A DNA stretch of 64,000 bases, from positions 1 through 64,000 of IMG/VR virus record IMGVR_UViG_3300020120_000133, one strand, 5' to 3'. This DNA comes from a virus. Shown here piece by piece: positions 61,024 through 64,000 of the stretch; the stretch's first letter is position 1; every line of letters starts with the position of its first letter. Below the pieces are notes generated by a model. The model did not search any database, was not told the DNA's origin, and saw only the letters and a program-made list of their open reading frames with translations. Both the position numbers and the translations under genes were made by a program.

Positions 61024-62249
61024 GTGATCAGCCTTCCTCTACCGATTGACGGACCACCGGCGAGCGTGCCTGTGGAAATCGCGTCGCTGTAGCCGAACGT
61101 CTTGCTGCTTTGGACGACTGACACCGCTGGCAAAGTCAAATACCCATTCACCCAATTCGTGCTCGTCGTGATCGTTCCCTTGTAGGTGAAGATCGGGATG
61201 CCACCGCTGGAGTCGATGTCGGTGGGGTCAACAAAGTCCAGGGACGAATCCGCGCCGCTGTTAAGTGTGAGTATCGCCTTTGTTCCCGGCGTGCTGGCAA
61301 CCAGTGTCAGTCGGTTTGCAGAGCTGGTCTGAGGCGCAAACCAGGAATTAGTGATGGTGTAAGTGTTACTGGATTTCAGGCTAAGCGTAGCCGCTCCCGC
61401 TGTATTGGTCAGCGTCGATGCAGAAAACCCGCTCGTTCCAACAAAACTGGTGCTTCCAGTTGGCAACTGAAGCGTCCCGCTGATCGCCAGAGCGGAGTTG
61501 ACCGTGGCGACCGTGCTCGCCGATAGTGATACGTTGTTCCATGTAACCCCGCTTGTGCTCAATGTGCCGTTGACGCCGAGGGCTAAAGTCGATCCAGTGG
61601 TAACGACAGTGCCCGATGAATAGGTCAAGGGACCGCCACGAAATGACACCGTTCCACTGAACGTGATGTTTCCGCCTGCAAGGGTCAGGGCGTTTCTGAG
61701 TTGCCCAGCACCGCTGATCGTTCCGGCAGTCGCGGTGATTACGGTGGTCCCACTGACCGTGGTTGTTGTTACCGTAATTCCTCCCCCAACGCTCAACGTT
61801 GAACTATTCAGCGTAACCGCCGTCGTCCCGTTGAACGTCAGCGCCCCGTTGACAATCCACGCCCCCGACAGGGTGTAGGTCTGCGACGTACCCGCGAGTT
61901 GAAGCCCACCCGTCAGCGTCTTGCCGCCGCTGGTGAGGGTCGCGGTTGTGTTGCAGATCAGGTCTGAGGTCCCAGCAGGTGCGGCCATAGTGCTCGCGAA
62001 CGTAACCGTCCCGGCAACCGTCAAATTCGCATTGAATGTCAGCGTGTTGGTGTAGCCGGTGCAGACGATGGATGTGCAGGCCGAGGCAGCGTCGATGATG
62101 CAGGATGGTGAACCCGAGTCGAAAACCGCAGCATCGCCGTTGACCGCCTTCGTTGTATTGGCTGGTCCGCTGCTGGCGGTCGTGCTCCAGTTACCGTCTG
62201 TTGACCAGTTGGAGTTCACCCCGCCGTTCATGAAGAACTTGGTCGCCAT
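61020..62249 (-). CDS. Beta-strand-repeat (autotransporter-associated-repeat-like) fibre protein
   Basis: FMNGGVNSNWSTDGNWS... and many T/S/G-rich LT..G..TF repeats. ATGA overlap with the next gene. Confidence 0.55.
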   Translation of the reverse strand: MATKFFMNGGVNSNWSTDGNWSTTASSGPANTTKAVNGDAAVFDSGSPSCIIDAASACTSIVCTGYTNTLTFNANLTVAGTVTFASTMAAPAGTSDLICNTTATLTSGGKTLTGGLQLAGTSQTYTLSGAWIVNGALTFNGTTAVTLNSSTLSVGGGITVTTTTVSGTTVITATAGTISGAGQLRNALTLAGGNITFSGTVSFRGGPLTYSSGTVVTTGSTLALGVNGTLSTSGVTWNNVSLSASTVATVNSALAISGTLQLPTGSTSFVGTSGFSASTLTNTAGAATLSLKSSNTYTITNSWFAPQTSSANRLTLVASTPGTKAILTLNSGADSSLDFVDPTDIDSSGGIPIFTYKGTITTSTNWVNGYLTLPAVSVVQSSKTFGYSDAISTGTLAGGPSIGRGRLIT

Positions 62250-62355
62250 CGACTACAGCCTCCACGGGTTCGCTTGTTGCGCGCGACCGGCCAGCGATTG
62301 AGAGACCGTGCCGACAGATTGGGTCGTGAAGTCCATTTCCCCGAGATCAGACGCC

Positions 62356-62703
62356 TCACAGCGGATCGGCGCGACTCAGCAGCGACGGCAGCGCGAAGCT
62401 ATCGGCGGTGCCGGTGAAGAACGCGACCTCGGGTCCGCTGCCGTTTCTCCCGATATACCAAGCGGATTTCAGGAACTCGGCCTGCAATAAGCCGTCGGCG
62501 TCGCTGCGGACCTCTCGCGCCGCCAGCGAATAAGCGGCTGCGACATCAGTTGGCGGCTCGGACAGCCTAAAGGTCACGGGAACGCGCGGATCCGGCTCGC
62601 CATCCGACCCGATCGTCGTGAGACTCCCGGTCGTCATCCCCGGCGACGCCTCGGCGGCGAATCCCGGCTGGAACCAATGATTTTGTGCCCAATGTGATCG
62701 CAT
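62356..62703 (-). CDS. Hypothetical structural-operon protein (115 aa)
   Basis: ORF-track ORF. 1-nt stop/start overlap upstream. Confidence 0.45.
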   Translation of the reverse strand: MRSHWAQNHWFQPGFAAEASPGMTTGSLTTIGSDGEPDPRVPVTFRLSEPPTDVAAAYSLAAREVRSDADGLLQAEFLKSAWYIGRNGSGPEVAFFTGTADSFALPSLLSRADPL

Positions 62704-63116
62704 TACGAAACCGTGGAACTCGACCGCTGCCCCGTGCTGGTCCCGTAGGTGATCGCGGCTTTCTCGGTTACGCCATCGCGGCCCTTGAATGAGACCGTGT
62801 TGCCGCTGACCGTCGTTTTGCCCGCCAGAACCGCCAGCATCGCGGACAGCGCCGACAGCCAGCCGATCCCGTCAACAGCGCTCGCCGCGAACTGTTCGGT
62901 CGCGACGACGACCCCCTGAAATCGCCACTTGACGCGGCCGGACCACGAATCATCCCAACTCGATTCCAGCTTCGTATAGAAGCCGTCGCCGTCATCGGCG
63001 ATCCCGCTGCCGCTTTGGGCGATCAGCGGAGCGCCAGCGTTATCCACGACCTCCACGGTGAGATCGGCGACGATCCCGGCGACGCCGTAGTTCAATTCAA
63101 GTAATCGCTGGCTCAT
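62703..63116 (-). CDS. Hypothetical structural-operon protein (137 aa)
   Basis: ORF-track ORF behind GGGAG. Confidence 0.45.
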   Translation of the reverse strand: MSQRLLELNYGVAGIVADLTVEVVDNAGAPLIAQSGSGIADDGDGFYTKLESSWDDSWSGRVKWRFQGVVVATEQFAASAVDGIGWLSALSAMLAVLAGKTTVSGNTVSFKGRDGVTEKAAITYGTSTGQRSSSTVS

Positions 63117-63134
63117 CGCGCGCTCCCGTCAGTT

Positions 63135-64000
63135 TTATTGCGTCCCGTGAAGCGTTTTGAGGGACTGGTACAGCGCCAGAAAATCGGAGTCCGCGATGTG
63201 GGGCTGGAACGCCGCGAACCGCCGGAACTTTCCGGGCATGCAGATGGTCCCGCCGAACGACCCGTTGCCGCAGACCCAGCCCATCGTCAGGTTCGCCCCG
63301 GCCGCGACGCCCGCAACGAAGGTGCCGTCGAGGAACATCCGGAGGCTGCCGCCGAAATACTGCACACCGAAGCAGTGCCACGTATTCCTCGCCGCCGCAG
63401 CCGTGAAGGGGAACAATCCGCCGCCGCCGCTGTCCTGAAGCTCGCCGCCGATCAGGTTGTCGGAGAAGCGGTAGACGAAATCCATCGTGTTGCTGTCGTG
63501 CCTCCCCATCATCGCGCAGTAGCTCGACGACGCCGCCGACGTGTTGTTGAACACGAACAGCAGCGAACAATCCTGACTGTTCAGCGTCGTCAACGAGTTC
63601 AGGATGTATTTCGCCGTCGTGTTGGTGGGTCCAAAGTTCAGCGACGGCTTGCTGTCGGAGTCCGACGTGATCAGCGTCGCGCCGGTGGCGTCGTGGCCGT
63701 AGTTCCCGCTGCCGCTGGCGTCCGCGATGCTCTTGACGATCTGCCCGTTCGTCGCGGCCGACCCGCTGAGGTCCTGGCTGGTAAAGAGTCCGGTTCCGTT
63801 GGCGGCACTGAGGTCGCAGACACAGCCCGCCAAATCCTCCGGGGTGATCACCGTCTGAAGCAAATTCTGCCGGATCGCCGTGTTGATGACGAAGGCGCCG
63901 TCGTAGCTCATGAACTCGAAGGCGTCGATGGCTTGTGCGGTGGCCGTGTTGACTGGCGCCGATCCGCCCGGGAACAGATACTGCGCCGCGTAATGCAGCA
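63135..64000 (-). CDS. LamG/concanavalin-like domain protein, probably 5'-truncated by the window edge
   Basis: The frame stays open and protein-like upstream of the track start 63911 (LHYAAQYLFPGGSAPVNTATAQAIDAFEF-MSYDG...), with high third-position GC. WHCFGVQYFGGSLRMFLDGTFV is LamG-like. Confidence 0.5.
   Translation of the reverse strand, partial: LHYAAQYLFPGGSAPVNTATAQAIDAFEFMSYDGAFVINTAIRQNLLQTVITPEDLAGCVCDLSAANGTGLFTSQDLSGSAATNGQIVKSIADASGSGNYGHDATGATLITSDSDSKPSLNFGPTNTTAKYILNSLTTLNSQDCSLLFVFNNTSAASSSYCAMMGRHDSNTMDFVYRFSDNLIGGELQDSGGGGLFPFTAAAARNTWHCFGVQYFGGSLRMFLDGTFVAGVAAGANLTMGWVCGNGSFGGTICMPGKFRRFAAFQPHIADSDFLALYQSLKTLHGTQ

Noticed and set aside
1-64000. CRISPR arrays, tRNA, tmRNA and rRNA genes
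   Set aside because: I saw no regularly spaced direct repeats and no GGTTCGA-type T-arm in a tRNA-like context. This was a scan by eye only; tRNAscan and CRISPR finders should confirm.

Overview
GC-rich 64-kb window that is phage or prophage DNA throughout. I saw no host housekeeping genes, rRNA, tRNA or CRISPR array. The minus strand carries a siphovirus-type late region in two pieces. (i) 47.8-64 kb holds fibre-like proteins, prohead protease/scaffold, major capsid, neck proteins, tail tube, and G/GT tail chaperones with an A_AAA_AAC -1 frameshift, followed by a translationally coupled peptide deformylase and BCS1-like AAA ATPase. (ii) 9.8-29.5 kb holds the tape measure, two DUF2460-like proteins, a DUF2163-like protein, an NlpC/P60 peptidase, a 1689-aa J-like host-specificity protein and a beta-helix fibre. 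This second piece is interrupted by cargo genes: an HNH endonuclease, a glycosidase-like protein, a DNA methyltransferase, a Cas4-like nuclease and a lipoprotein. About 18-20 kb of temperate-element genes separate the two late pieces. They include a divergent tyrosine integrase, an Xis-like protein, a LexA DNA-binding-domain-only protein, a TrpF-like barrel, CsrA, RHH/XRE switch proteins, a GT39-like glycosyltransferase, an exonuclease/annealing pair, RusA, a HerA/FtsK-like ATPase, DUF5131, ASCH and a Mor-like activator. The left 9 kb is a plus-strand early operon with a canonical tyrosine recombinase, a truncated sliding clamp and DUF3846. The most notable observations are: the split tail operon, which may reflect a nested element; a conserved CGTCTGA box 8-11 nt upstream of late-gene starts; the PDF(SEC-C)/BCS1 module coupled to the tail chaperone; a phage-borne CsrA together with shared ACAGGAGATC leaders on the capsid and tail-tube genes; a repeated hairpin+SD element in the early operon; and several chimeric or frameshifted genes (clamp/MTase, Dcm/Dam, peptidase-like, RHH-XRE). 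A Planctomycetota-like host is inferred only from protein style. All family names come from motif recognition by eye, not from searches.
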